Below are positions 27,382-37,329 of a stretch of 51,358 nt of DNA, piece by piece. Under the pieces are notes generated by a model. That model saw only the letters and a program-made list of their open reading frames with translations. It ran no database searches and was not told the origin of the DNA. A program made the translations under genes and the position numbers. The number at the start of each line of letters is the position of its first letter. Positions within the stretch are counted from its first letter, which is position 1. Location: positions 1-51,358 of IMG/VR virus record IMGVR_UViG_3300036801_000054; one strand, written 5' to 3'. The DNA comes from a virus (lineage: Duplodnaviria; Caudoviricetes).

Positions 27382-28965
27382 ATGTGGCGTCAGAACGATC
27401 CGCAGGGCAACGAATCGGGCAAGGTGAGATTCGACCTGGTGCCCTATATGAACGGCCGCGTGTTCGATCTCGGCTGCGGGCCGCAAAAGGTCTATCCGGT
27501 TGCGATCGGAATCGACAACAAGGTCGACGCGAAGCTCTTCGGCATCGAGGTTAAGCCGGACATCGCCGTGCAGACATGCGAGCGCATGGAATTCCTCGCC
27601 GACGGCGCGGCGGATACGGTTTTTTCCTCGCATCTGCTCGAGCACATCTACGACTTCTCGGGCGCGCTAAAGGAGTGGTGGCGGATTCTCAAGGTCGGCG
27701 GGCACATGATCCTGTATCTGCCGAATAACGACGACGCGATCGAGTCGGGTGGATACCCGAAGATCGGCGAGCCCGGCGCGAATCCAGACCACAAGTGGAA
27801 CGTCAGCTACGACCTCATCGTGAACACGATGAAGGCCATCGGCTCGTGGGACTTGGTCGAGTTCGAGAAGCGCAGCAAAGACTTCGAGTATTCGCTCCTC
27901 TTCGTGTTCAAGAAGATCGAAGGCCACGGCGGATTCGCGACGTTCTCCTACCGCAACCCGAAGCCAGTCGAGAAGACGCTCGGCATCGTGCGGCTCGGGG
28001 CCTACGGCGATGCGCTCTGGATCACCGGACTCCTGCCGAAGTTCAAGGCCGAGGGCTATCACATCACGGTTTACACGCAGCCGCAGGGCGAGGAAGTCTT
28101 GCGCGGCGATCCGAATATCGACCGCATTATCTGCCAGCCGCACGGACTCTTCGACTTTGGCGACAACCGGATCAGCATGTGGCAGACCGCGTACTGGCTG
28201 CACGAAGAGAAGAAGTACGATCGCTTCATCAACATGATCGGCTCGACCGAGCGCAGACTTCTTCCGCAGCCATTCGACGCCGACTTCTACCTGCCGTTCG
28301 AGCAGCGGCATCGCATGATGAACCGGAACTACGTCGAAGCGCTGCACGAATGGGTCGGCGTGAAGTTCGACGCGTTCACCTCGCGGCAGAAGTTCTACCC
28401 GACGGCGGCGGAGCTCGCATGGGCGGCCGAGGAGCGCGCAAAGATCGACGGGCCGCTGGTGTTCATCAACCCGAGCGGATCGAGCCTGCCGAAGTGGTGG
28501 CCGCATGCGCAGCAATTGGCCGACATGCTATCAGCCGAGGGCATCCATTCTCGCATCGTCGGCGATCTGCGCTGGACGAAGTTCCGCAGCTCGCGCTACA
28601 TCGGCGTCATCGGCAATGACTGGCCGATCCGCAAGGCGTTCGCCCTGGCGACGCTGTCCGACGCGGTCGTGGGCACGGAAAGCGCACTCGTCAACGCGGT
28701 CGCCTACGAGCAGCCGTTGAAGGTCGTGCTCATGTCGCACTCGACCCATGAGAACCTGACGCGGGACTGGAACCGCGCGATCGCGGTCGAGCCCGAAGGG
28801 CTGGCCTGCTATCCGTGCCATCGGATCCATGCCGACGGCAGCCATTGCCACGCGGATCGGGAGACGGGTGCGGCGGCTTGCCAAGCGGCGGCCTCGGCCG
28901 AGATCGTCTTCGGCTACATCATGGAGCATCTGGCCGAGCAGAAGCGCGAAGAGGCTGCGGCATGA
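27382..28965 (+). CDS. Class I SAM methyltransferase - GT9 (heptosyltransferase-like) glycosyltransferase fusion
   Basis: FDLGCG, VFSSHLLEH, WRILKVGG; then IVRLGAYGDAL, DPNIDRI, INPSGSSLPKWWP, VVGTESAL, CYPCHR. Confidence 0.85.
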   Translation: MWRQNDPQGNESGKVRFDLVPYMNGRVFDLGCGPQKVYPVAIGIDNKVDAKLFGIEVKPDIAVQTCERMEFLADGAADTVFSSHLLEHIYDFSGALKEWWRILKVGGHMILYLPNNDDAIESGGYPKIGEPGANPDHKWNVSYDLIVNTMKAIGSWDLVEFEKRSKDFEYSLLFVFKKIEGHGGFATFSYRNPKPVEKTLGIVRLGAYGDALWITGLLPKFKAEGYHITVYTQPQGEEVLRGDPNIDRIICQPHGLFDFGDNRISMWQTAYWLHEEKKYDRFINMIGSTERRLLPQPFDADFYLPFEQRHRMMNRNYVEALHEWVGVKFDAFTSRQKFYPTAAELAWAAEERAKIDGPLVFINPSGSSLPKWWPHAQQLADMLSAEGIHSRIVGDLRWTKFRSSRYIGVIGNDWPIRKAFALATLSDAVVGTESALVNAVAYEQPLKVVLMSHSTHENLTRDWNRAIAVEPEGLACYPCHRIHADGSHCHADRETGAAACQAAASAEIVFGYIMEHLAEQKREEAAA

Positions 28966-29492
28966 CGCCGAAAAGCGTTATCGGCACGGCCGCACTGCAC
29001 GAACTTGTGCAGACGGCGCGGGCGGCTCCATCCGGCGACTTCGTCGAGGTCGGCGTCTACAAGGGCGGCAGCGCGGCGCATCTGGCCGGCGTGGCGAAGG
29101 ACAAGGCGCGGCGGCTGTTCCTGTTCGACACGTTCACCGGCATCCCTTTTGCCGACCCGGACTTGGACCATCACAAGGTCGGCGATTTCAACGACGTCAG
29201 CCTTGAAGAGGTCCGCGCCGCGCTGCCGGAGGCGACGATTGCCGCCGGCGTCTTCCCCAATACGCTCAAATATTGCCCGGACCTCGGCCCGATCGCGCTG
29301 GCGCATATCGACTGCGACCAGTACAAGAGCGTGCGCGAGTCTGCAATCGCGCTCGTGCCCCTCATGGCCCCGGGCGGCGTCATGGTCTTCGACGACTACA
29401 ACGTACTCAATGGGGCGCGTAAGGCGGTAGACGAGCAATTCGGCAAGCGCGTCGAGGTCAGTCCTTGCGGCAAGGCGTGGGTGCGCTTCTGA
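28962..29492 (+). CDS. TylF/MycF-family O-methyltransferase
   Basis: GDFVEVGVYKGGS, FDTFTG, GVFPNTL, HIDCDQY, GGVMVFDDY, GARKAVDE. Confidence 0.88.
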   Translation: MTPKSVIGTAALHELVQTARAAPSGDFVEVGVYKGGSAAHLAGVAKDKARRLFLFDTFTGIPFADPDLDHHKVGDFNDVSLEEVRAALPEATIAAGVFPNTLKYCPDLGPIALAHIDCDQYKSVRESAIALVPLMAPGGVMVFDDYNVLNGARKAVDEQFGKRVEVSPCGKAWVRF

Positions 29493-29782
29493 TGCCCTTC
29501 GTTGAGAACCTCGACGAGTTTCTCGATCCCGGCGACTTCGCCGACATGGCGGTCTATACGCCACAGGGCGGCTCGGCGTCGACCGTCAATGTCATTTTCG
29601 ACGGCGCCTACATGGAGACGCTCAACGTCGAGGATAGCGGCCCGGCAGCGCATGGGAAGGCCGCGGACTTTGCTGGCGTCAGGCAGGGCGATGCCCTGCG
29701 AGTGCGCGCCACGGACTACTTCATCCGGGACAAGCGGCCCGATGGGCAGGGCTGGATCACGCTCAAGCTCGAGCTGCAATGA
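29492..29782 (+). CDS. Head-tail joining protein (lambda FII-like)
   Basis: FLDPGDFA..VIFD..GDAL..PDGQGWITLKL; TGATG coupling. Confidence 0.75.
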   Translation: MPFVENLDEFLDPGDFADMAVYTPQGGSASTVNVIFDGAYMETLNVEDSGPAAHGKAADFAGVRQGDALRVRATDYFIRDKRPDGQGWITLKLELQ

Positions 29783-30228
29783 CTCTCCATGTCCGCGACC
29801 AAATCCTCGATGCCGTCCTTGCCGCGGTCACGGGTTTGCCGACCACAGGCGCTCGCGCGTTCGATTCCCGGGCCTACCCGCTCGAGCGCGAAGAGTTACC
29901 AGGAATCAACGTTCGGTTTCACGAAGCGACCGAGCGCAGCACGCCCGGCGACTTTCCGCGGCCCAGGATGCTCGAGCGGACCTGTCGGATTCAAGTGGTC
30001 GGCAGCGTCCAGGCGACAACGAACTATCGCAAAGCCGCCAACCAGATCGCGCTCGAGGTGGAGTCAGTCTTGGGCGCGCCGGGGGCGGGTTCACCGGCGA
30101 AATGGCTCAACCTTATCGGCACCGAGCTCCAGATCAGCGGCAGCGGGGAAAAGCCGGTGGGCGAGATCACCCTGACCTACGAGGCGTTCTATATAACCTT
30201 GGAGAACGACGCGACGACTCCGAAATGA
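29779..30228 (+). CDS. Tail terminator-like protein
   Basis: HVRDQI..RAFDSRAYPL..LP; position in the operon. Confidence 0.7.
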   Translation: MTLHVRDQILDAVLAAVTGLPTTGARAFDSRAYPLEREELPGINVRFHEATERSTPGDFPRPRMLERTCRIQVVGSVQATTNYRKAANQIALEVESVLGAPGAGSPAKWLNLIGTELQISGSGEKPVGEITLTYEAFYITLENDATTPK

Positions 30229-30518
30229 GCAAAATATCAAAACTTGAAGCTAAAGAACTGCATCGGATTATCGCGATCGCACGGTCGTGCGGGTTTTTCG
30301 AAGTGCAAAGAGAAACGATGATGAGATGGATTAGAAACGGAGTTGGGGCACTCGACGCTTCGGAAAGGGCGCGGCGCATCTATTGTCGCGACAACGGCAT
30401 CGATCCAAACGAGACAGCGGATGACCGCGTAGAGCAAATGGCGCTTGATAATCTGGATCAGCTTCAGGTGTCGCCGCCATTTGACGAGAGCAACCCATCC
30501 GGCATCATCAGGCATTAG
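30225..30518 (+). CDS. Hypothetical protein (lower-GC insert)
   Basis: ATGA overlap; AT-richer codons. Confidence 0.5.
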   Translation: MSKISKLEAKELHRIIAIARSCGFFEVQRETMMRWIRNGVGALDASERARRIYCRDNGIDPNETADDRVEQMALDNLDQLQVSPPFDESNPSGIIRH

Positions 30519-30521
30519 GCA

Positions 30522-30626
30522 ATGGGTAGCACAACAAGAGTTTTGCACGAAGCTTTGATCCGGGCCGCGCAGGCGGCTCTGGATGCTTGGAAGAGATGGC
30601 TTAAGGAGCAGCAAACGGCTTCCTGA
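30522..30626 (+). CDS. 34-aa peptide (not in ORF track)
   Basis: MGSTTRVLHEALIRAAQAALDAWKRWLKEQQTAS, an amphipathic helix. Confidence 0.4.
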   Translation: MGSTTRVLHEALIRAAQAALDAWKRWLKEQQTAS

Positions 30627-30773
30627 TCGAGCCACGCCGCGAGCGAATCGCGGCCTCGCCGGTCGGGGCTTCAGTTGCAGTAGCAGTACGCCCGGGCACG
30701 CTTAGTTCGCCGCGCCGCAGAGTCGGCCCCGCGATCTGGTCAACGCCTCCCCGGTTACAACCGGAGAGCAGCA

Positions 30774-32012
30774 ATGACCATCCCCACAGGGGTACAAACC
30801 GTAGTCGCGTTCGCCGAAGAATCGGCATTCGGCACGGCCGCCAACTCTACCAGCGGGCAATTGCTTCGCCGCGTTTCGTTCGATCTCGACAAGGACAAGG
30901 ACACCTACGAGTCGGACGAAATCATCGGCACCTACCAGACCTCCGACTTTCGGCATGGCATGGTCAAGATTGCCGGGACGCTCAAGGGCCGGCTCTCGCC
31001 GGGCAGCTACAAGACGTTCATGGCCCACGGCCTGCGCCGCGACTTTACCGCCGGCGCCGGCGGCACGTCGACAGCCTACGCCGCAGTCGCCGGGCTCGGA
31101 TTCACGGACAGCGCCGGCGGGTTTCTGTCGGCCGGGTTCAAGGTCGGCGATGTGGTAGCCACTGGAACTGGCACCGCAACCGGCGGCGGCTTCGGCGGCA
31201 GCAACGCCACCAACAACGGGCGCTACTACGGGATCATCGCGCTCACGACGGGCTCGATGGGCGTGGTCAACCTAGACGGCAGCGCGGCGACGATTGCCAA
31301 CGATGCCGCGGGCGAATCGGTAGGCATCAACGTCGTCGGCAAGAAGACATGGGTGCCGACCTCGGGCCATACGAACAAGTCGAGCACGATCGAGAAACTG
31401 CTCGGCACCTCGACGCCGATCTCCGAGGTCTATCTCGGCAACAAGGTCAACAGCATCGCGGTAACGCTGCCGGCGACCGGGCTCAACGGCGTTGACTTTG
31501 GCTTCATGGGCCAGTCGCGGGCCGCACTCGGAACAGCGGCCTACTTCACCTCGCCATCAGCCGCTAGCACGACCGGTCTGACGGCAGCCGTCAATGGCGT
31601 CGTTATCTACCAGGGCGCGGTCATCGGACTACTCACTGGCCTCGACTTCACGGTCAATGGTGGCATGACCGTCGGCGCGGTCGTGGGCTCGAACATCACG
31701 CCGGATGTCTTCGTCGGCCGCGTCAAGGTCACCGGGCAATTCACGGCTTACCTGCAAGACTCGACCTTCATCGCTGCGTTCGACGCCGAAAGCGAAGTGT
31801 CGATCAGCGCGATTCTGACTGTCGATAACAGCGCGTCTCCGAAGTTCGTCGCCTTCACATTGCCGCGCGTCAAGCTCGGTTCGGCGAAGAAGTCGGATGG
31901 CGAGGGACCGATCATCATTACCGCAGCATTCACGGCGCTCTACAACGCCAATGGGGGAAGTGGAACCAACTCCGAGGCGACAACCATCAGCGTGCAGGAT
32001 TCGGATGCGTGA
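30774..32012 (+). CDS. Major tail tube protein
   Basis: EESAFGT..LLRRVS..YESDEI..RHG..VTGQFTAY..FTLPRVK; GGAG RBS. Confidence 0.85.
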   Translation: MTIPTGVQTVVAFAEESAFGTAANSTSGQLLRRVSFDLDKDKDTYESDEIIGTYQTSDFRHGMVKIAGTLKGRLSPGSYKTFMAHGLRRDFTAGAGGTSTAYAAVAGLGFTDSAGGFLSAGFKVGDVVATGTGTATGGGFGGSNATNNGRYYGIIALTTGSMGVVNLDGSAATIANDAAGESVGINVVGKKTWVPTSGHTNKSSTIEKLLGTSTPISEVYLGNKVNSIAVTLPATGLNGVDFGFMGQSRAALGTAAYFTSPSAASTTGLTAAVNGVVIYQGAVIGLLTGLDFTVNGGMTVGAVVGSNITPDVFVGRVKVTGQFTAYLQDSTFIAAFDAESEVSISAILTVDNSASPKFVAFTLPRVKLGSAKKSDGEGPIIITAAFTALYNANGGSGTNSEATTISVQDSDA

Positions 32013-32112
32013 CGCTGCGTAAACCGTCCCGCCGGCCCGGCCTCCATTTGCCCTCGCAGGCGTGGAGGCTGGGTGTCGGGCGGGAATCAACTTCAACTAT
32101 GCGAGGGCACCT

Positions 32113-32514
32113 ATGGATTTGCGACAACTTGAGCAGCAGGATACGGCCGAGTACGTGCTTCTGACTCCAGCTGGGGATAAGACCGATGTCGTCTTTACGC
32201 TTGCTGGCGCGACGCATCCTATTCGCGAGGCGTTCGAAAAGCGCGCCACGACTCGGAATCTGCGCGATTTCAACAAGAAAGGACGCGCAACGCTGCCAGA
32301 AGACCCGGACGACATCAAAGACCTCCAGGTTGACAGGCTTACGGCCTGTACGCTCGGATGGGAGGGGATGATGCTGGACGGTAAGGACTACCCGTTCTCT
32401 CCGCAGAATGCGCGCCAGCTCTATGACGACGTGAAGTTCGCTTGGCTTCGCGATCAAGTCGATGCGGCATTGAGGGCCGTCGAAAATTTTATAAAGACGC
32501 AGTCGCCGAACTGA
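32113..32514 (+). CDS. Tail assembly chaperone (gpG-like)
   Basis: LTACTLGWEG..FSPQNARQLY..WLRDQVD..ENF. Confidence 0.8.
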   Translation: MDLRQLEQQDTAEYVLLTPAGDKTDVVFTLAGATHPIREAFEKRATTRNLRDFNKKGRATLPEDPDDIKDLQVDRLTACTLGWEGMMLDGKDYPFSPQNARQLYDDVKFAWLRDQVDAALRAVENFIKTQSPN

Positions 32515-32864
32515 CAGAGCAACTCGTCGCGCACTGCGAATATCACTTCAAACTCGACCGGCCGCGCAAAGATGGATCGACTCTGCGAAACCACCTCCAG
32601 TCTGCTCAACGCCAATCCGGTCGAGACCTTTTCGCCGACGAGCCGAGATGCCCGGCCGCGTTTCGCCACCTTACGCAATGGTTCAATGAATTGCACTGCG
32701 CGCGCGGCTCGTCTGGATTCGGTCCGAACCCGATTCAATACGTGGATATCGCAGCATGGGCGGCGCTCACCGGACGCGAGCCCTCGCCGGAAGAAGTGGC
32801 GGCAATCGTGCGGATAGACCGCGCCTTCCTTAACGTGGTCGCGAGCGCGCAAGATGGCGACTGA
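32484..32864 (+). CDS. Tail assembly chaperone extension (gpT-like) reached by -1 frameshift
   Basis: A AAT TTT heptamer at 32484-32490; the -1 frame is open and encodes WFNELHCARGSSGFGPNPIQYVDIAAW. Confidence 0.75.
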   Translation, partial: KFYKDAVAELTEQLVAHCEYHFKLDRPRKDGSTLRNHLQSAQRQSGRDLFADEPRCPAAFRHLTQWFNELHCARGSSGFGPNPIQYVDIAAWAALTGREPSPEEVAAIVRIDRAFLNVVASAQDGD

Positions 32865-35800
32865 TATCGCAGCGGTCAACCAAGTCACCATTACCGCCAA
32901 GGATGAGACGGGTGCGGCCTTTGCGTCTGTCGCGAGCAATCTCACGGCTCTCGTTACGCAGTTCGGCGGCGCGGCGAGCCTAATCAAGGGCGCTCTCGGG
33001 GCCGTAGGTGTCGGCTCCTTCGTGACCGCGATAAGCGGAGCCATTGAGTTGCAGGCGCAATTGGGTCAGCTTGCAGCGCGCGCTGGTATTACGGTGGAAG
33101 CGTTGACATCGATGCGATTCGCAGCGCACGAAGGCGGGCTTACGCTTGAAGAGGTTGCCATTGGCTCCGCGCGTCTGTCGAAGGCGCTATTTGAGGCAGA
33201 AGATGGCACGACTAAGGCCGCGAAAGCGCTGGCCGCGCTTGGACTCGACGCCAAGGAATTGAGCTTCCTAGGGCCGGCAGAGCAGATGAAGGCCCTCGCC
33301 GATCGCCTCGCCCAGTTTCAGGATGGTGGGACGAAGACGGCGATCGTCATGGAGCTCCTAGGCCGGAGCGGAGCGCAGTTCCAAGCGTTTCTTAAGGCGC
33401 TCGCTCAGGACGGCGCGGCTGCGGCACAAGTCACGACCGAGCAGGCGGAAGCTGCAAAGCAAGCGGAGGCCGCGTTCGCCCGATTGGCCGACAACTCGCT
33501 GAAGCTCAAGATCGCGCTTGCAAACGAATTGTTGCCGACGATAGTCGATATTACTGACGCGCTAATCAAAATGCAGGAAGGCAGCACGATCAGCGAGAAG
33601 GCGGCGGCGCTGCTCACCGAAGATTTGAGCCTAGCCGGTAAGGCGCTGCGCGTCCTGTTCGCGCCGCAGATCGCAGCCGCTGTCCTGGTGTACGGCGACG
33701 GTATAGATCGATCGGCCCAGTCCACCAAAAATTGGGGCGGCGAAACAGCGCGGGCGCGCGATTCGCTGGCTTCGTTGGAAGGCGTAGTCAACGCGGTAAC
33801 GGTCGATCTCGACAAGCTCAATACTGTCATCAGTTCCATTGAGTCCAAAGACCTCGGCATCGGCTCTGGCTTCGCCGCCTCGTTCAAGGTGCTGACGGAC
33901 GCGCTTAACGCCGGGTCGATCTCACTTGAGCGCTACCAGGCGTTGACCAAGCAACTACTCGGACAGCAGCCGTTCGCCGAGAAGCAAGCGGCGGCGGCAA
34001 AAGCGCTGGAGGAGGAGCACCAACGTCTGCTCCAATCGACGCAGGACTACATCGATGCCGCGATCGACGAAGCGGCGACCATGAACCTCGACACGGTAGC
34101 GCTCATGCGCCACAAGGATGCGCTCGCACTCCTGTCGAAGGCACAGAGTGAGGTGCTGGTCGACGAGCGGCTACGCGCGATCGATATCTCCAATCAACTC
34201 AAGGCCGCGAATGAGCAACTGGTCAAGGGCTGGCAAGCCTATGATGCGGCGATGGCGAAGCTTCAATCGGATCAGGACAGTTATATTGATTCATTGATCT
34301 CTGAAGTCGATGCACTCAAGATTGAATCGGCTACCATCGGCCTGAGCAACGCCGAGCGCCAGATTTACATTGCCACGCAAGACCTCGCCAAGGCGTCGGC
34401 TGAAGGCAACGCCACCGCGGTCGCGTTCCTGACCGAGAAACTCAGGCTTCTCGGCGAAGTCGAGTCTAAGAGTGTCGCCTTCCAGGCGGTCAAGGATCAA
34501 GCGAAGGCCGTACAGGAAGCGTGGAAGCAGACCGCCACGACGATTGAGGATGCCATGGTCAGCGCCTTCGAGGGTGTGCTGACGAAGGGTAAGGACCTCT
34601 TCCAGCAGCTCAAGGACTTTGCCATCAAACTCTTCGAGCAACTGGTACTGCGGCCGATCCTTGCGCCGATTGCCGGAAGCATTGCCAGTTCAATCTTTCC
34701 CGGCGCGGCTGGGGCGTCTGGATTGGGCGGCGGAGGCATCGGTGGCGCGTTCCAGCTCGGCAACGTCTTCGGCGGCGAAGGCAATCTTTTCTCGAATTTC
34801 ACCTCTGGTTTGCAAGGCATCGGTAGCGGGTTATCCAACTTCTTTGCTGCGATCGGTAACGGTACTGGGCTACTCGACTCCGCGACTTCTGCCTTCGGCG
34901 GGCTCGGGGCGTCGATCAGTCAAATGCTACCCGGCATAGGCATCCTTGCCGCTATCGGCATCCCGCTCCTGTCGAGCCTCTTCAAGTCGGGCGGCGGCCC
35001 GAAGGAAGGCGGTTCGGCGACACTGGGCGATGTCTCGGCGATCACGGCGCTGGGCAGCGGCAACGCCGGCGCGGGTCGTTTCTTCACGCCTAACTCGGCT
35101 GACGCGGCCGTCGCGGATACGATCAAGAACGTCAACGCGCAGTTCTCGACTATCCTGACCGCGTTGGGCGGAAAGGCGTTCAACGTCGGCTTCGCGCTCG
35201 GCTTCGACACCGACCCGAAGGGCACTGCGCAGTCTCGCGTCTCTGGTGGTGTGTCAGTGGGCGGGCAGCAAGTCTTCTCGCAACAGAATCTCGACGTTGG
35301 CAGGGATGATGCGAGCCTACAGGCCGGCCTTGCATTGGAAGCGCAGCGCGCGGTACTCGCCGCGCTGAAGGCTTCCGATCTGCCGGCCGATATCGCCAAG
35401 CTCTTCAGCGGCCTCGACGTTGGCACACTCAGCGCCGACCAGATCACCGCCGTCGAGAAGACGGCCGCGACCTATAAGGCGATCAACGATGCGATCGCTT
35501 CGCTGCCGGCAGACATTCAGCAGCACTTCACCGACATGCTCGACGGTACGCAGCAGCTTGCGAACAGCATCCTCGTTGTCGTCGGCGTCATCCAGACCTT
35601 CAGCGGCGCGGTTGCCGGGCTCGGACCGAAGCTTGAAGCGCTGGACCCGGCGAGCATTACCGCGTTCGTGGATGCGCTCGGGGGTGCGCAAGCGGCTGCG
35701 GCATCGTTCTCTTTCTTGGCCGCGAACTTCCTGACTTCGACGCAGAAGATGGATCTTGCGACGGCGACGCTCAATGCCGACTTCGCCAATCTCGGGATCA

Positions 35801-37329
35801 CGACGATTCCGCAGACGCATCAAGCATTCCTAGACCTGCTCAACAGCTTTGACCTGACCACTGACGCCGGGCGGCAGATGTATGCTGGCGTGCTCGCGTT
35901 GTCGCAGCTCTTCGTCACGGTGCATGGCACTGCTGACGATGCTGCCGGCGCGCTTGGCAGTGTCTCGGATTCGCTGAAGGCGATCAGCGACGCGCAGGGC
36001 TTCTTCGATGCCAACTTCTACAGCGATGCCGAGCGGGCGGCAGCTAAACTCGCGAGCGAGCAGCAACAAGTCAACGCCGCGCAGACCGCGCTTGGCGTCG
36101 CCATTCCGCAAACCGTCTCCGGTTTCAGGCAACTGATCGAGAGCATAGACCAGACTACGCCAGCAGGGAAAGCGATGTATGCCGCGCTGATCGTTCTGGC
36201 GCCAGCCATCTTCGATATTGCTACGGCCAGCAAGACAGCGGCTGACCAGATCACGGCTGCCGCTTCGGCAATCTCGAATGCCGGAGCCGGCCTCGATGTC
36301 GCCCAGACCGCCGCAGACAAGTTCGTGAGCAAGTTCGAAGCGAAGATCACCGCTCTTGCCAATCTGTCGACCGGCGATCTAGGCTCGAAGTTAGGTATTC
36401 AGATTCCACTTTATACGGCGCAGATCGGTCAGCTACAGACTCAACTCGCCGACTACCTGCAAAGTACCGGTGGCAATATCGACATATTCGCCGTTCAGTT
36501 GCAGACGGAGATCGAGAGCCTCTCGAATGCCAACGATCAGATGGTCCAGAAACTCGCCGAGTTCACGACGCTTAAGGCGCAGTATGGATCGGCCATCGCG
36601 GAGCAGCTTATTGCGCTTGAGGAAACGTACAATCAACAGCAGCGGGCGCTGCATGGCAATGCCGACGCTCTCGCGGCCTTGCAGACGATCTATCAGCAGA
36701 ACTGGCAGGACATTATCAACGGCGTCGCGTCTGGCGTCGATGGCACGCTCTCGCAATTGGACAAGCTCAGGCAGGGCATTCAGGACTACCTCGACAGCCT
36801 GAAGGTCAGCGAACTATCGCCGCTCACCCCTCAGCAGAAGCTCGCCGAGGCGCTGTCGCAACTGAACGCCGAGGCAGCTAGGGCCGCAACTGGCGATCAA
36901 GGCGCACTCGGAGACGTGACCAAGTTCGCGGATGCATACCTGCAACTTGATCGACAGATCAACGCCAGCGGGCAGGCATTCACCGATGCCTACAACTACG
37001 TCGTCGGCCTCCTGCAACCGCTGACGCAGGCCGGCACGTTCACCGATGTCGCGGTGCCGGGCTCGCCCACGCCAACCGGTACGCCGCCACCGACCTCGAC
37101 GCCACCTACCACGACCGTTACCGGCAAGGGCGGCAAGCAATTGGCGACGACGGACGATCTGACGGCGACGGCGACGCTGCTTACCAAGCTCCATACCGAC
37201 GTACTCGGCGTGCAGTCGCAGTTGGCGACTCTGACGGCAGCCGTGGAATCCGGCTCAAACAAGAACGTCGCCGTGGTCGAGCGCAGTGCCAACAAGATCG
37301 TCGACGGCGTCAAGAGTCGGACGAAATGA
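32854..37329 (+). CDS. Tape measure protein
   Basis: 1491 aa, Ala-rich and helical; ITAKDETGAAF start; follows the chaperones. Confidence 0.92.
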   Translation: MATDIAAVNQVTITAKDETGAAFASVASNLTALVTQFGGAASLIKGALGAVGVGSFVTAISGAIELQAQLGQLAARAGITVEALTSMRFAAHEGGLTLEEVAIGSARLSKALFEAEDGTTKAAKALAALGLDAKELSFLGPAEQMKALADRLAQFQDGGTKTAIVMELLGRSGAQFQAFLKALAQDGAAAAQVTTEQAEAAKQAEAAFARLADNSLKLKIALANELLPTIVDITDALIKMQEGSTISEKAAALLTEDLSLAGKALRVLFAPQIAAAVLVYGDGIDRSAQSTKNWGGETARARDSLASLEGVVNAVTVDLDKLNTVISSIESKDLGIGSGFAASFKVLTDALNAGSISLERYQALTKQLLGQQPFAEKQAAAAKALEEEHQRLLQSTQDYIDAAIDEAATMNLDTVALMRHKDALALLSKAQSEVLVDERLRAIDISNQLKAANEQLVKGWQAYDAAMAKLQSDQDSYIDSLISEVDALKIESATIGLSNAERQIYIATQDLAKASAEGNATAVAFLTEKLRLLGEVESKSVAFQAVKDQAKAVQEAWKQTATTIEDAMVSAFEGVLTKGKDLFQQLKDFAIKLFEQLVLRPILAPIAGSIASSIFPGAAGASGLGGGGIGGAFQLGNVFGGEGNLFSNFTSGLQGIGSGLSNFFAAIGNGTGLLDSATSAFGGLGASISQMLPGIGILAAIGIPLLSSLFKSGGGPKEGGSATLGDVSAITALGSGNAGAGRFFTPNSADAAVADTIKNVNAQFSTILTALGGKAFNVGFALGFDTDPKGTAQSRVSGGVSVGGQQVFSQQNLDVGRDDASLQAGLALEAQRAVLAALKASDLPADIAKLFSGLDVGTLSADQITAVEKTAATYKAINDAIASLPADIQQHFTDMLDGTQQLANSILVVVGVIQTFSGAVAGLGPKLEALDPASITAFVDALGGAQAAAASFSFLAANFLTSTQKMDLATATLNADFANLGITTIPQTHQAFLDLLNSFDLTTDAGRQMYAGVLALSQLFVTVHGTADDAAGALGSVSDSLKAISDAQGFFDANFYSDAERAAAKLASEQQQVNAAQTALGVAIPQTVSGFRQLIESIDQTTPAGKAMYAALIVLAPAIFDIATASKTAADQITAAASAISNAGAGLDVAQTAADKFVSKFEAKITALANLSTGDLGSKLGIQIPLYTAQIGQLQTQLADYLQSTGGNIDIFAVQLQTEIESLSNANDQMVQKLAEFTTLKAQYGSAIAEQLIALEETYNQQQRALHGNADALAALQTIYQQNWQDIINGVASGVDGTLSQLDKLRQGIQDYLDSLKVSELSPLTPQQKLAEALSQLNAEAARAATGDQGALGDVTKFADAYLQLDRQINASGQAFTDAYNYVVGLLQPLTQAGTFTDVAVPGSPTPTGTPPPTSTPPTTTVTGKGGKQLATTDDLTATATLLTKLHTDVLGVQSQLATLTAAVESGSNKNVAVVERSANKIVDGVKSRTK

